A stretch of DNA of 64,000 nt. Origin: Candidatus Cloacimonadales bacterium (lineage in GTDB: Bacteria; Cloacimonadota; Cloacimonadia; Cloacimonadales; JAIOQZ01). Position 1 is the stretch's first letter, and every line of letters begins with the position of its first letter. This document shows, one piece after another, positions 21,454 to 32,643 of this stretch. The notes under the pieces are model-generated. The model saw only the letters and a list, made by a program, of their open reading frames with translations, searched no databases and was not told where the DNA came from. The position numbers were made by a program, and so were the translations under genes. The stretch lies in NCBI GenBank assembly GCA_963665815.1, contig OY762463.1, forward strand, positions 2,912,001 to 2,976,000. The letters are read 5' to 3'.

Positions 21454-23166
21454 ATGAGTAATAAAGAAGTTATAAATAAAATCCCACGTAAATACTACGC
21501 AGAAGATATCAATATCACGGAATGGGAAAAAGTAGAGCCATTATATAATGAGCTCCTCGAGATGGAAGTTAACTCAGCAGATGACCTTGTAGCAATGATG
21601 GAAAAATACAGTGAGCTGGAATTTATCCTCATGAACGAAATGGCATGGCGTTATGTTCGCATGACCTGCTACGCCGATGACAAAGAAAAAGAAGAAGCAT
21701 TCAATGATTTCTACGGAAATATTGTTTCTCCTGCAATGAACTACGACTTCAAACTCAAAAAGAAATACTATGAAAGTCCATATAAAAAAGAGTTATCCGA
21801 TGAAAGATATTCTCACCTGAATAAAATTATTTCCAAAGATATTGAGATGTTCAGAGAAGAAAATATATCTCTGATGACCGAAGAACGTAAACTGGCAAAT
21901 AACTACGGATCAATTCTTGGTGGAATGACTGCCGAATATAAAGGTGAAGAAAAAACCATGACTCAGCTTGCTGTGTTTATGAAAGATCCGGACAGATCAG
22001 TCAGAGAAGAAACCTGGAAACTCAGATTCGGTAAGCTTCTTGAAAACAGCAAAAAACTGGATGATCTCTTTAATGAGCTGATGAAGATTCGTAACAAAAT
22101 TGCGGCTAATACTGGGTTTGATAACTATAGAGATTATGAACATAAGAATAAAGGTAGGTTCTCGTATACTCCTGAAGATGTAATGGAATTCCATAAATCT
22201 GTTGAAGAATACGTTGTTCCTTTCATGAAAGAAAAAAACGAAGAAAGAAAACGGAAGCTCGGTGTTGAAAAACTTGAACCATGGGATACAAGTGTTGATC
22301 TTGACGGAAAAATTTTAAAACCGTTCAAAGATACAGATGAGCTCATTGCTCTGTCACAGAATGTTCTCGGAAAAGTTAAACCTGAATTCGGTAAACAGCT
22401 TGAGTTAATGAACAACACAGGACTGCTTGACCTTGCTAACAGAAAAGGCAAAGCTCCGGGTGGATATAACTATCCGCTTCCTGAACTGGGATCATCATTT
22501 ATATTTATGAACTCAGTAGGGCTGCAGTCTGATGTAAGTACTTTACTTCACGAAATGGGACATGCTCTCCATGCAAAAGCTGTTACTGACGAACCTCTGG
22601 CGATATATTCAGAACCACCTAGTGAAGTAGCTGAACTTGCTTCCATGTCTATGGAGCTTCTTTCTATGGATTACTGGGATGAGTATTATGACAATGCCGA
22701 GGATCTGAAGAAAGCTAAACGTGAGCAGCTTGAAGGTACTCTTATGTTCCTGCCATGGTGTATGGTTGTGGATGCTTTCCAGCAATGGATTTACACATCA
22801 GGTGAACACACAAACGAAGAAAGAGCAGAATACTTCAGTAATTTGATGGATCGTTTCGGACTTGGTGAATATTGGGCGAACTATTCAGAAGAGAAGAAGA
22901 ATCGCTGGATGTTCCAGCTTCATATCTTCGAAGTACCTTTCTATTATATTGAATACGGTATTGCTCAACTCGGTGCTCTCAGTATTTACAAGAACTACAA
23001 AGAAAATCCGGGGAAAGCAGTTAAAGACTATGAAGCATTCCTGAAATTGGGTTACTCAAAATCCATGAAAGAAATATATGAGACAGGTGGAATTGATTTC
23101 AGTTTCTCAGCTGATCATATTAAGAAAATTGTAGCTTTTGTAAAAGAAGAACTGCAAAACCTGTAA
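21454..23166 (+). CDS. M3 family oligoendopeptidase
   Basis: HEMGH zinc motif, KGKAPGGY, EVAELASMSMEL, PFYYIEY; ATG 21454 after AAGGAG. Confidence 0.92.
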   Translation: MSNKEVINKIPRKYYAEDINITEWEKVEPLYNELLEMEVNSADDLVAMMEKYSELEFILMNEMAWRYVRMTCYADDKEKEEAFNDFYGNIVSPAMNYDFKLKKKYYESPYKKELSDERYSHLNKIISKDIEMFREENISLMTEERKLANNYGSILGGMTAEYKGEEKTMTQLAVFMKDPDRSVREETWKLRFGKLLENSKKLDDLFNELMKIRNKIAANTGFDNYRDYEHKNKGRFSYTPEDVMEFHKSVEEYVVPFMKEKNEERKRKLGVEKLEPWDTSVDLDGKILKPFKDTDELIALSQNVLGKVKPEFGKQLELMNNTGLLDLANRKGKAPGGYNYPLPELGSSFIFMNSVGLQSDVSTLLHEMGHALHAKAVTDEPLAIYSEPPSEVAELASMSMELLSMDYWDEYYDNAEDLKKAKREQLEGTLMFLPWCMVVDAFQQWIYTSGEHTNEERAEYFSNLMDRFGLGEYWANYSEEKKNRWMFQLHIFEVPFYYIEYGIAQLGALSIYKNYKENPGKAVKDYEAFLKLGYSKSMKEIYETGGIDFSFSADHIKKIVAFVKEELQNL

Positions 23167-23177
23167 AAAGATGTCTA

Positions 23178-24536
23178 ATGGATGCTGATAATATATTTTC
23201 GGTTTCTGAAATAAATTTTCACGTCAAAAACGTACTGGAGAACTCACTTTCCAGAATGTATATTGAAGGTGAAGTAGCAAACTTTACAGCTCATCACTCA
23301 GGACACTTTTACTTCTCCCTGAAGGATGAGCTGTCCTCTATTCGCTGTGTATTTTTTAAATCTGCCAATAAAGGACTGGCTTTTACTCCCAAAACAGGAG
23401 ACAAGGTCATTTGTACCGGAAACATTACTGTTTATGTAAAAAACGGAAGTTATCAACTACAGGTTGCAAATATGTATCCCGCAGGGAAAGGTCTGTTGCA
23501 GATTAAGTTTGAAGAACTGAAAGCAAAGCTGGCAGAGGAAGGCTTGTTTGAGCCTGAGCATAAAAAGGAAATACCGGAGTTTCCGCGTAAAATCGGACTG
23601 GTGACATCTCCTGACGGAGCAGCAGTAAAAGACGTTATATCTGTGAGTGAGCGTAGGTTCCCGGTTGATCTTGTTGTATATCCGGCTCTGATGCAGGGAG
23701 ATAAAGCCTCTGAGACAATTGTAAAAGGTATAGAGTACTTTAATTCATGCGATGATATCGACCTGATAATTGTAACACGTGGGGGAGGATCTCAGGAAGA
23801 TCTGTTTGTTTTTAATGACGAACGTATTGCCAGAGCTGTTTATAAATCCAAAATACCTCTGATTTCTGCTATAGGGCATGAGATAGATTTTACCATCTGT
23901 GATTTTGTTGCTGATCTGCGAGCTCCAACACCCTCATCTGCAGCTGAAATAGCCGTTCCGAATAAAGAAAACGTGATTGCGGATTTGATGATGAAATATT
24001 CCCGTATACTTTCTTTATTCAGGAGTAAGCTGGATTTCTCTGAGAAACAGTTAATGAGATTTAAACTCAGACTTGCAGATAGACACCCTAAAAACGTTCT
24101 CAGGCAAAACAGACAGGAAATGGAAAAGCTTAGTTTGAGACTGTTGAGCAGTAAAAATCAAGTGCAGGACATGAGAAATTCTGTATCTTATGAGAACGAT
24201 AAACTCCGTAAATATTTGAATAAGTTCCGAATAGATTTGTTGAACAGGCAGAATCAAGTTATGCAGAAGTTCAGAAGTTTGAAAAGCAGTTCAGATAAAT
24301 GGCTCATGAATAGAAGTGACGATCTGAGAAGCAGAAAGGAAGATTTGCGGGAGCTGTCTCCATATAATGCTCTCAAGCGTGGATATGCTGTCCTGAAAAA
24401 GGAACGTAAAATACTTAAGTCTGTAAAACAGATGGAAAAGGGCATGGCGTTCCAGATTGTACTGAATGACGGGATAGCTGAATGTGAATGCATAGATATT
24501 GTCGGTAAGTCAGAAGATAGAGATAATTTCATGTAA
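23178..24536 (+). CDS. xseA: Exodeoxyribonuclease VII large subunit
   Basis: SGHFYFSLKD, RGGGSQEDL, SAIGHEIDFTICDFVADLRAPTPS. Confidence 0.95.
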   Translation: MDADNIFSVSEINFHVKNVLENSLSRMYIEGEVANFTAHHSGHFYFSLKDELSSIRCVFFKSANKGLAFTPKTGDKVICTGNITVYVKNGSYQLQVANMYPAGKGLLQIKFEELKAKLAEEGLFEPEHKKEIPEFPRKIGLVTSPDGAAVKDVISVSERRFPVDLVVYPALMQGDKASETIVKGIEYFNSCDDIDLIIVTRGGGSQEDLFVFNDERIARAVYKSKIPLISAIGHEIDFTICDFVADLRAPTPSSAAEIAVPNKENVIADLMMKYSRILSLFRSKLDFSEKQLMRFKLRLADRHPKNVLRQNRQEMEKLSLRLLSSKNQVQDMRNSVSYENDKLRKYLNKFRIDLLNRQNQVMQKFRSLKSSSDKWLMNRSDDLRSRKEDLRELSPYNALKRGYAVLKKERKILKSVKQMEKGMAFQIVLNDGIAECECIDIVGKSEDRDNFM

Positions 24537-24676
24537 TTAATAAACATCTGTGACGTTCTGAAAAAAGAAAGTAATCTTAATTGTTGACATTATGCAGTAA
24601 AAGATTTCTATAAGGTGTCATGGTAGTTGTTTTTCAACAACTTGCATGTAAATGACTGAATTGAAATGAGGTTCCA

Positions 24677-26539
24677 ATGCTGGAAAAGATAAAGAAACCA
24701 AGAGATATACGAAAACTGGGATTCAAAGAACTTATTTTGCTTGCTGAAGATGTGAGACAACGAATTATTGAAGTAACAGCCCAAAACGGGGGACATCTTG
24801 CTCCTAGTTTGGGAGCAACGGATATTGCAATTGCCTTGCTGAAAGTATTTGATCCGGTTACACATAGAATCGTCTGGGATGTGGGACATCAGTCTTATGC
24901 CTGGAAGATACTGACTGAAAGAAACGAACGCTTTGATACTCTCAGACAATTTGGTGGAATAAGCGGATTTAACAACATATTCGAGAGCAAATACGATGCA
25001 TTCAGTGTTGGGCACTCCAGTACATCCATTTCGGCTGCTCTTGGGATAAATGTTGCTGATGAGCTTCAGGGAATTAACCATAGAACTATCGCTGTTATCG
25101 GTGACGGAGCTTTGACAGGGGGGATATCTTTCGAAGCAATAAATAATGCAGGTGGAATGCAGAAGAATTTGATTGTTATCTTGAATGACAATGAGATGTC
25201 CATTTCAAAAAATGTGGGAGCATTGCAGAATTATCTTACGAATGTGCTCGTGAGTAAATCCTACAATTCTCTTAAAGACAAAGTCTGGAATTTATCTCAG
25301 GCACTACCTACAGCGATCAAAAGAAAATTTATTACCGGAGCACAAAAGTTAGAGGAATCTCTGATAAATATCCTTGTACCGAATATTATTTTCGAAGATC
25401 TCGGATTCAAGTATGTTGGTCCAATAGATGGACATGATATTCCGAGAATGGTTAGAATTTTGAACAAAGTACACCATAATGTGATTGGTCCCGTGTTTAT
25501 TCATATGCTTACCCAGAAAGGAAAAGGCTGTCACTTTGCTGAAGATAACTCGCAGAAATTCCACGGAGTCGGACCTTATGAGAGAAAAACCGGCGTAACC
25601 AAGATGAAACCTACTTCTTATTCCGGTGCATTCGGGAAAAAACTTTGTGAGTTGGCAAAAACAAACAAAAAAGTTGTTGCTGTTACTGCTGCCATGACCG
25701 ATGGAACGGGACTGACTGACTTTGCTAAAAAATTCCCTAAACGTTTTTTTGACGTAGGTATAGCAGAACAACATGCCGTGACTTTTGCCGGAGGTATGGC
25801 TGTCAGGGGAATTAAACCGTTCGTTGCTATATATTCGACATTTATCCAGAGAGCTTTCGATCAGGTTGTGCACGATATAGCTATGCAGAAATTACCTGTA
25901 GTGATATGCCTCGACAGAGCCGGATTGGTTGGAGAAGACGGAGCAACCCATCAGGGTGTATTCGATCTTTCCTTCCTCAAGACCGTTCCTGAACTTATTA
26001 TTATGGCACCATCCTGCAGGCAGGAACTGGAGCAGATGCTTGATTTTGCTGCCGAGTATCAAGATGGACCAATTATCATTAGATATCCTCGTGGAACTGC
26101 CAGAATGTGTGAGAGAGAACTCCCGTCAGTGGAATCTTATAAATCAGAAGTAATCCGAGAAGGTAAGAAGATTGCAGTGTTCTCAATCGGTAAAGCTCTG
26201 GAGGATGCAGAGAATATTTGCGATCTGATAGAAAAAGAAACCGGTAATAAAGCGGGGCTGGTGAATCTACGATTCCTGAAACCTCTTGATAAGGAAACAC
26301 TCGATACAATTGCCAAAAACTACGATTATGTTGTAACGCTTGAGGATAATGCCCTTATCGGTGGAATGGGCGAATCTGTAAAAGCCTACTATTGTAATTC
26401 CGATGTAAAAGTATATAGTTATGGTATCCCGGATTTCTTTGTTGAACACGGAGCTGTAAAAGTACTTAAAGAACACCTTAACCTGACACCTGAACAGGTT
26501 TGGGAAGATCTGAAGACAGTTATTGCAGAAGAGTTCTGA
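24677..26539 (+). CDS. dxs: 1-deoxy-D-xylulose-5-phosphate synthase
   Basis: GGHLAPSLG, WDVGHQSY, GDGALTGG...NDN, DVGIAEQHAV, DRAGLVGEDGATH. Confidence 0.97.
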   Translation: MLEKIKKPRDIRKLGFKELILLAEDVRQRIIEVTAQNGGHLAPSLGATDIAIALLKVFDPVTHRIVWDVGHQSYAWKILTERNERFDTLRQFGGISGFNNIFESKYDAFSVGHSSTSISAALGINVADELQGINHRTIAVIGDGALTGGISFEAINNAGGMQKNLIVILNDNEMSISKNVGALQNYLTNVLVSKSYNSLKDKVWNLSQALPTAIKRKFITGAQKLEESLINILVPNIIFEDLGFKYVGPIDGHDIPRMVRILNKVHHNVIGPVFIHMLTQKGKGCHFAEDNSQKFHGVGPYERKTGVTKMKPTSYSGAFGKKLCELAKTNKKVVAVTAAMTDGTGLTDFAKKFPKRFFDVGIAEQHAVTFAGGMAVRGIKPFVAIYSTFIQRAFDQVVHDIAMQKLPVVICLDRAGLVGEDGATHQGVFDLSFLKTVPELIIMAPSCRQELEQMLDFAAEYQDGPIIIRYPRGTARMCERELPSVESYKSEVIREGKKIAVFSIGKALEDAENICDLIEKETGNKAGLVNLRFLKPLDKETLDTIAKNYDYVVTLEDNALIGGMGESVKAYYCNSDVKVYSYGIPDFFVEHGAVKVLKEHLNLTPEQVWEDLKTVIAEEF

Positions 26540-26540
26540 A

Positions 26541-27884
26541 ATGAATTCTAATGATACAATAGCCGCAATATCAACTCCTTCCGGAAACGGTGCAATATCT
26601 GTAATAAGAATCAGTGGTCCGGATTCATTCGAGACTGTTCAATCTATATTCAGCTCGAAACTGCCCGAACCAGGTACAATTAAGTATGGAAAAATTACAG
26701 ATGATTCAAGAGTGATTGATGATGTTGTAGTAACCTGTTTCAAATCTCCTGCAAGTTACACAGGAGAGGATATTGTTGAGATTTCCTGTCATGGAAATCA
26801 GTTTATTGCTAGGCAGATTCTGGAAGTACTCCTGATAAAAGTCAGAATTGCAGAACCCGGAGAATTTACTCAGAGAGCATTTCTGAATGGGAAAATGGAT
26901 TTAACACAGGCAGAGGCTGTTGGTGATCTGCTTATGGCTAAAACAAGGATTTCTCAGATGGCAGCTCTTGATCAATTGCATGGTGTTCTGCATAAGAAAA
27001 TCAGCAAAATCCATAAAAAAATGACTGATACAAGAATTCTGCTTGAACTGGAGATAGATTTTTCGGAGCAAGAATTACCGGATATAGATGTAGAATCTGT
27101 AGTTACTGACTTGGCTGATGTTAAAGCGAAGCTTGAGAATCTTGCAGAGTCAGGAGATGCCGGATTAATAATCAGAGATGGATTTCGTATCAGTTTTGCC
27201 GGAATGCCTAATGTTGGTAAATCAAGTCTTTTCAATGCCTTTCTGGAAACAGAAAGAGCAATTGTTACACCGGTACCGGGTACAACAAGAGATTATATAG
27301 AAGAAGCTGTTTCCATTGAAGGATATCTGGTCAGATTTTTTGATACTGCAGGGCTAAGGGATTCTGATGATCACATTGAATTAATGGGAATGGAAAGATC
27401 CCGAAAAATGATAGATGAGTCACATTGTATATTTGCAGTTTATGATGCATCAAATGTTCTGACAGGAAGTGAGTGCCAGGAGACATTTGAAGGGCTGAAT
27501 AAACCTGTAATAAAAATTGCGAATAAATCAGATTTGATATCTGAAGAACAAAAACATTTATTGAATGAAAAGAATTATATAGTTTGTTCAGCAGTAACCA
27601 AAGAAGGTTTTAAGTTACTGGAAGAAACAATAATAGATTTAATTAACACCGGTGCGGCAGAAATTCATGACGGTATGTTGACGAATACAAGGCAGATTTC
27701 TGCTTGCAGAAGAGCTGTTAATGGAGTGGATAGGAGCATAACAGCACTTGAATCCGGTTTGGGATTTGAGTTTGCTGCATTTGATTTAAAAGAGGCGTGT
27801 CAGGCACTTGAGGAAATAACGGGTGCAGTTTCAACAGATGATCTTCTTAATAGAATTTTCTCGAATTTTTGTATAGGTAAATAG
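26541..27884 (+). CDS. mnmE: tRNA modification GTPase MnmE/TrmE
   Basis: DTIAAISTP, SYTGED, GMPNVGKSS, GTTRD, DTAG, C-terminal FCIGK. Confidence 0.96.
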   Translation: MNSNDTIAAISTPSGNGAISVIRISGPDSFETVQSIFSSKLPEPGTIKYGKITDDSRVIDDVVVTCFKSPASYTGEDIVEISCHGNQFIARQILEVLLIKVRIAEPGEFTQRAFLNGKMDLTQAEAVGDLLMAKTRISQMAALDQLHGVLHKKISKIHKKMTDTRILLELEIDFSEQELPDIDVESVVTDLADVKAKLENLAESGDAGLIIRDGFRISFAGMPNVGKSSLFNAFLETERAIVTPVPGTTRDYIEEAVSIEGYLVRFFDTAGLRDSDDHIELMGMERSRKMIDESHCIFAVYDASNVLTGSECQETFEGLNKPVIKIANKSDLISEEQKHLLNEKNYIVCSAVTKEGFKLLEETIIDLINTGAAEIHDGMLTNTRQISACRRAVNGVDRSITALESGLGFEFAAFDLKEACQALEEITGAVSTDDLLNRIFSNFCIGK

Positions 27885-27993
27885 CTATTCATAATTAAAG
27901 AATTCAGATTATAATTTTATTGCTAATACAGCATATTTTAAGTATCTTATTATTGCAAAGTAAATATCAATCAGAATTAAGGAGTATGTAAGT

Positions 27994-30108
27994 TTGAGCA
28001 TTAAAGCCAAAAGGATTCTTGGTCTGGTCATTCTTATATTGATTTATACAGGCTTTATCATTTATAATGAAAAAGAAGTTGTCAAGAATGCAAGATCAGA
28101 ACTCACAAAACATGTAACCGTTGTGGAGAATGCTTTATGGAACTATAATAAGCAGAGTTCACAACAGTATTTGAAGATGGTGTCGAAATACTCCAATTAT
28201 GCTAGCGTGATCGTATACAATTCCGATGGAGAAGTATTTCTGGAAATGAAATCTGATAAATTCAGTGCTCTGGACAGTTTTTTATACAATCTTAAGATAA
28301 TTCGAATTATTCCTATGAGTCTTGATGTCTTCAGAAAAGGTTTGAAGATTGGTACAATTGAAGTGAAACAAAAACATGATACTGTATACCTTTATAGTAT
28401 TTTGTTCCTTATTTTCTGTTTGCTGTATCTGAGTTATCTCGGATTATTGAAAACTATTTATATAAAACATGAGCTGGAAATTAAAGTTGGTGAAAGAACG
28501 ATAGATCTGGAAAAAACCAATGAAAGACTTTTTGACAGCGAGAGAAAATACAGAGATCTTACTGAAAGTATTTCAGACTGGATCTGGGAAGTTGATGTAG
28601 AATCAAGATATGTTTATGCCAGCCCGAAAATTAAGGATTTGCTGGGTTATACTCCTGAGGACGTACTTGGGAAAACTCCGTATGACCTTATGCTTCCGGA
28701 TCAAATTAACATGAAAAAACTGGAATTCAGAAAATATGTGCTTCTGAAGCAGCCTTTCGATAATGTTGAAAATCAGTGTATTCATAAAAACGGATCAGTT
28801 GTAACTCTTGAAACAAGCGGAGTACCTATTTTCGATAAATATGGTAATGTGACTGGATATCGCGGGATTGACAGAGATGTTACCGAGAGAAAAAAATCTG
28901 ACACGGAACTTAAAAACCTGAGAAATTATCTGAGTAACATCATTAACTCCATGCCATCAATGCTGATTGTTGTAAATTCAGATGGAATTATCACGCAATG
29001 GAATTATGAGTCAGAAAAAAGATCAGGTATTTCCTCGGATGCTGCTGTTGGAAAAATGCTGACTGATATTCTTCCGTTCCTGGAGAAAGAACTGGATAGA
29101 GTGGATGTGGCCATCAATACAAGACAGACTCAGATAGATTCAAAAGTGCTGAGAGATGCAACAGGAAAACTGACTTATGAGGATGTTGTGATATACCCTC
29201 TGATCGCAAATGGTGTTGAAGGTGCTGTAATACGAATAGATGATGTTACTGATCAGGTAAAAATGGAAGAAATCATTGTGCAGTCGGAAAAAATGCTCTC
29301 GATAGGTGGTCTTGCAGCAGGTATGGCTCATGAAATAAATAATCCGCTTGCCGGTATGATGCAGAATGCTGACGTCCTCATGAGAAGGCTTTCTGCTAAC
29401 AGTAAGGGGAACGTACAGGCAGCCGAAAGCGTGGGTACAGATATGGATGCTATCCGTGGATTTATGGAGAGAAGACATATTCTCAGAATGCTTAAACTCA
29501 TCCATGAATCGGGAACCAGAGCAGCTAAGATTGTTGATAATATGCTGAGCTTTGCCAGAAAAACAGATTCAGATGCAAACTACTTCAGTATGCCTGAACT
29601 CTTGAATTTAACAATCAGCCTTGCAGAAAATGATTATGATTTGAAAAAGAAGTATGATTTCAGGCAGATTAATATTAAAAAAGAATATAAGGATGATCTC
29701 CCGAATGTGTTCTGTGAATCAAGTAAGATTCAGCAGGTTTTCCTTAATCTGCTTAAGAATGGTGCAGAAGCAATGTCACAGAAGATTGCTGAAATGCAGA
29801 ACAAAGGTGAAGACTATACGCCTCAATTTATTGTAAGAATATATAATGCTTCTAAAAATATGGTTGGAATTGAGATAGAAGACAATGGTCCTGGAATGAA
29901 TGATGAGATAAGAAGACGTGTTTTTGAACCGTTCTTCACGACGAAGGGTGTTGGTCTTGGTACCGGGCTTGGATTATCAGTATCTTATTTTATCATCACG
30001 GAAAATCATGGTGGAACCATGAAAGTTGATTCTGTTAAGGGTGAGAAAACGAAATTTACCATACAGCTTCCTGTTAAGAAGCATGAACAGGAACATAACA
30101 GTCTATGA
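27994..30108 (+). CDS. Membrane-bound PAS/PAC sensor histidine kinase
   Basis: Two TM helices, two PAS domains, H-box AHEINNP, N-box NLLKN, DNGPGM, FFTTK, GTGLGL. Confidence 0.93.
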   Translation: MSIKAKRILGLVILILIYTGFIIYNEKEVVKNARSELTKHVTVVENALWNYNKQSSQQYLKMVSKYSNYASVIVYNSDGEVFLEMKSDKFSALDSFLYNLKIIRIIPMSLDVFRKGLKIGTIEVKQKHDTVYLYSILFLIFCLLYLSYLGLLKTIYIKHELEIKVGERTIDLEKTNERLFDSERKYRDLTESISDWIWEVDVESRYVYASPKIKDLLGYTPEDVLGKTPYDLMLPDQINMKKLEFRKYVLLKQPFDNVENQCIHKNGSVVTLETSGVPIFDKYGNVTGYRGIDRDVTERKKSDTELKNLRNYLSNIINSMPSMLIVVNSDGIITQWNYESEKRSGISSDAAVGKMLTDILPFLEKELDRVDVAINTRQTQIDSKVLRDATGKLTYEDVVIYPLIANGVEGAVIRIDDVTDQVKMEEIIVQSEKMLSIGGLAAGMAHEINNPLAGMMQNADVLMRRLSANSKGNVQAAESVGTDMDAIRGFMERRHILRMLKLIHESGTRAAKIVDNMLSFARKTDSDANYFSMPELLNLTISLAENDYDLKKKYDFRQINIKKEYKDDLPNVFCESSKIQQVFLNLLKNGAEAMSQKIAEMQNKGEDYTPQFIVRIYNASKNMVGIEIEDNGPGMNDEIRRRVFEPFFTTKGVGLGTGLGLSVSYFIITENHGGTMKVDSVKGEKTKFTIQLPVKKHEQEHNSL

Positions 30109-30124
30109 ACTTGTCAGATAGATT

Positions 30125-30526
30125 ATGGAGGATACAATGTCGTCAAAGGCAATAGAAGATTTATTCATACTAGTTCTTGATGATGATGATGCAATAAGAA
30201 TCAGTTTGCAGATTTATCTTGAGGATGAAGGATTCAATGCTTATTCTGCTACTAGTGCGGAAGAAGGACTTGAAATTGTAAAAACTAATGAGGTTGATCT
30301 CGTTATTGTTGATCTACGTCTGCCTGAGATGAATGGTATAGATTTTGTAAAAGAATCCATAAAGATATCTCCGAATACAAAGTACATTATCCATTCCGGT
30401 TCACTGGAAATGGATTCACTTATGGATATTATGACAGATCACAGAGTATCAGACAATTTTCTGCATAAACCTGTTTCTGAAATTGAATTCTTTAAAAAAG
30501 AGATACTACGAGTTTTGGATGTTTAA
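30125..30526 (+). CDS. Single-domain response regulator
   Basis: ILVLDDD, VIVDLRLPEMNG, HKP; start could be 30137. Confidence 0.9.
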   Translation: MEDTMSSKAIEDLFILVLDDDDAIRISLQIYLEDEGFNAYSATSAEEGLEIVKTNEVDLVIVDLRLPEMNGIDFVKESIKISPNTKYIIHSGSLEMDSLMDIMTDHRVSDNFLHKPVSEIEFFKKEILRVLDV

Positions 30527-30600
30527 TTATTTAAAATAAAGAAATCCGTTGACTTGTCATTATACAGTTTTTTTGTGGCAAAAAAAGACCGGATGAATAT

Positions 30601-31782
30601 ATGGAACAAACTAATCACCTGTTGCTGCATTTAGCAGTTATAATATTCCTTTCAAAAATACTTGGAGCAATATCAAGAAAGTATAAACAACCACCGGTTA
30701 TAGGAATGCTTTTACTGGGTATAGTTCTTGGTCCCACAGCATTTCATTTTATTGAATCAGGTGAGGCTATATTCTGGTTTGCCAAACTGGGTGTACTGTT
30801 TCTTCTGTTTGAAGCAGGACTTGAAACGGATATCAAGAGAATAAAAAAAGACTCTAAGGAAGCTCTTCTTCCGGCTCTCGGTGGAGTAACAATTCCCTTC
30901 ATCATGGGTTTTCTTCTATCATATATTATTGATCCCAATCTTTTCAAAGCTCTGGTTATCGGGGTTATTTTCACAGCAACAAGTGTAAGTATATCTGTTA
31001 TTACTCTGTTAGATCTGGATAAAATGAAGGGCCCCGAGGGACGATGTATAATAAATGCTGCAATTATCGATGATATTCTGGGAATTATACTTGTAACGTT
31101 TATTTTCGGTATGAGTGTTGCCGGAGAGGGAACTCCGGGATCATCCAATATGGAATTGATTTTCTCAATAGGTAAGATTGTGCTTTTCTTTGTTGTTATA
31201 ACAGTTGTAGGACTGTTTATCATCAAGCCTGTATTTATGAATCTGAAAAAAATGTATCTGGCCCCTGCTTTTTTCTCGCTCAGTATTGCTTTTGTTTTTG
31301 CATATTCCTGGTTTGCAGAATATTCCGGAATAGCTGCAATTACCGGCGCATACTTTGCAGGTCTTTTTCTTGGTCAGACAGATTATAAACACCAGATTCA
31401 AGAGAATACTTCTCAATTAGGCAAATCATTTTTTGTAGATATGTTTTTTGTTAATATTGGTCTCGAAATAAATTTGATGGAAGTAGAAAGCAATTGGATT
31501 TTTATGTTGATTTTTGTTCTGCTCGCAATTTCCGGAAAAATTTTCGGATCCAGCATTGGTGCAAGATTAACCGGATTCGACTGGATTCGTTCAATGCGTA
31601 TTGGAACCGGCATGATTCCACGTGGAGAAGTTGCTCTTATAATAGCAAATATGGCATTGCAAAAGAACATTATCAGCAGCAGTGAATTGTCAGCAACAAT
31701 TATAATGGTAATAGCAACTGCAATACTGACACCAATTTTATTAAAATATTCATTTACAAAACTTCAACGAAAAACATTTTAA
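30601..31782 (+). CDS. Cation:proton antiporter (CPA2/NapA-like)
   Basis: LFEAGLE, TATSVSI, AAIIDD, GMIPRGEV. Confidence 0.9.
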   Translation: MEQTNHLLLHLAVIIFLSKILGAISRKYKQPPVIGMLLLGIVLGPTAFHFIESGEAIFWFAKLGVLFLLFEAGLETDIKRIKKDSKEALLPALGGVTIPFIMGFLLSYIIDPNLFKALVIGVIFTATSVSISVITLLDLDKMKGPEGRCIINAAIIDDILGIILVTFIFGMSVAGEGTPGSSNMELIFSIGKIVLFFVVITVVGLFIIKPVFMNLKKMYLAPAFFSLSIAFVFAYSWFAEYSGIAAITGAYFAGLFLGQTDYKHQIQENTSQLGKSFFVDMFFVNIGLEINLMEVESNWIFMLIFVLLAISGKIFGSSIGARLTGFDWIRSMRIGTGMIPRGEVALIIANMALQKNIISSSELSATIIMVIATAILTPILLKYSFTKLQRKTF

Positions 31783-31818
31783 TGGTATGGTAACAATAAT
31801 TGGCTCTGGAGAAACGAA

Positions 31819-32643
31819 ATGTGGTCGAATTATATTAATACAGATCTTATAATACTGAATCCGGTTGTGAAAAGTAAAGATGAGCTTTTCAGTAAAATGG
31901 TAAATCATGCATATAATCATGATCTTATAGTAAAAAATGATGAGTTTCTTTCTGCTCTAAAAGATCGAGAATCAAAAGGTAATACTCAGATAATGAAGGA
32001 TGTTGCTTTACCGCATGCCCGAAGTATCCATGTTGAAAGACTTTTCATGCAGATTGTTGTGTTTAATGATGGCTTTGATTATGGGAATCCTGACCTTGGA
32101 GATATACGAGTAGTTTTCTTTTTCGGATCTCCGGATAATAGTAATAAAGAGTATCTCCAGCTTATCGCAAAATCTTCAAGATTACTGAGGAATCAGGAAT
32201 TCAGAGATGGCATTATTAATGCCCGGAAACCTGAAGATATCATGTCGATACTAAACAAACATGATGTCGATGAAGCAAAGGACAGAAAACTAGAATTCTA
32301 TACTATGAAAGTAATTGTTCATGATGAAGATGTGTCAGATGATGTATTATCTGCTCTGGCAGAACTTGGTATTACAAACGGAACAATTTCCGAGTGTACA
32401 TCTGTTGCTCGAAAGATTGCGTACGAAATCCCTGTATTTGCAGGTTTTAGTTATCTGAATGATGAAAAATCAACTAAGACATTTTGTATAGAATCAATCA
32501 TAAATAACAAAGATATTGGGAAAAAACTGTATAATATACTTAAAGAAAATGATATTGATCTCAATAACCCGAATACAGGATATATTAAATTAACTCCTGT
32601 AGAAGCAATAATTGGTAATATTGACGAGAATATTGATTTATGA
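31819..32643 (+). CDS. PTS EIIA (Ntr/Fru-type) domain protein with C-terminal P-II-like domain
   Basis: RE..G.T, VALPHARS (phospho-His); C-terminal L.ELGITNGT...PVFAG...PNTG segment. Confidence 0.75.
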   Translation: MWSNYINTDLIILNPVVKSKDELFSKMVNHAYNHDLIVKNDEFLSALKDRESKGNTQIMKDVALPHARSIHVERLFMQIVVFNDGFDYGNPDLGDIRVVFFFGSPDNSNKEYLQLIAKSSRLLRNQEFRDGIINARKPEDIMSILNKHDVDEAKDRKLEFYTMKVIVHDEDVSDDVLSALAELGITNGTISECTSVARKIAYEIPVFAGFSYLNDEKSTKTFCIESIINNKDIGKKLYNILKENDIDLNNPNTGYIKLTPVEAIIGNIDENIDL

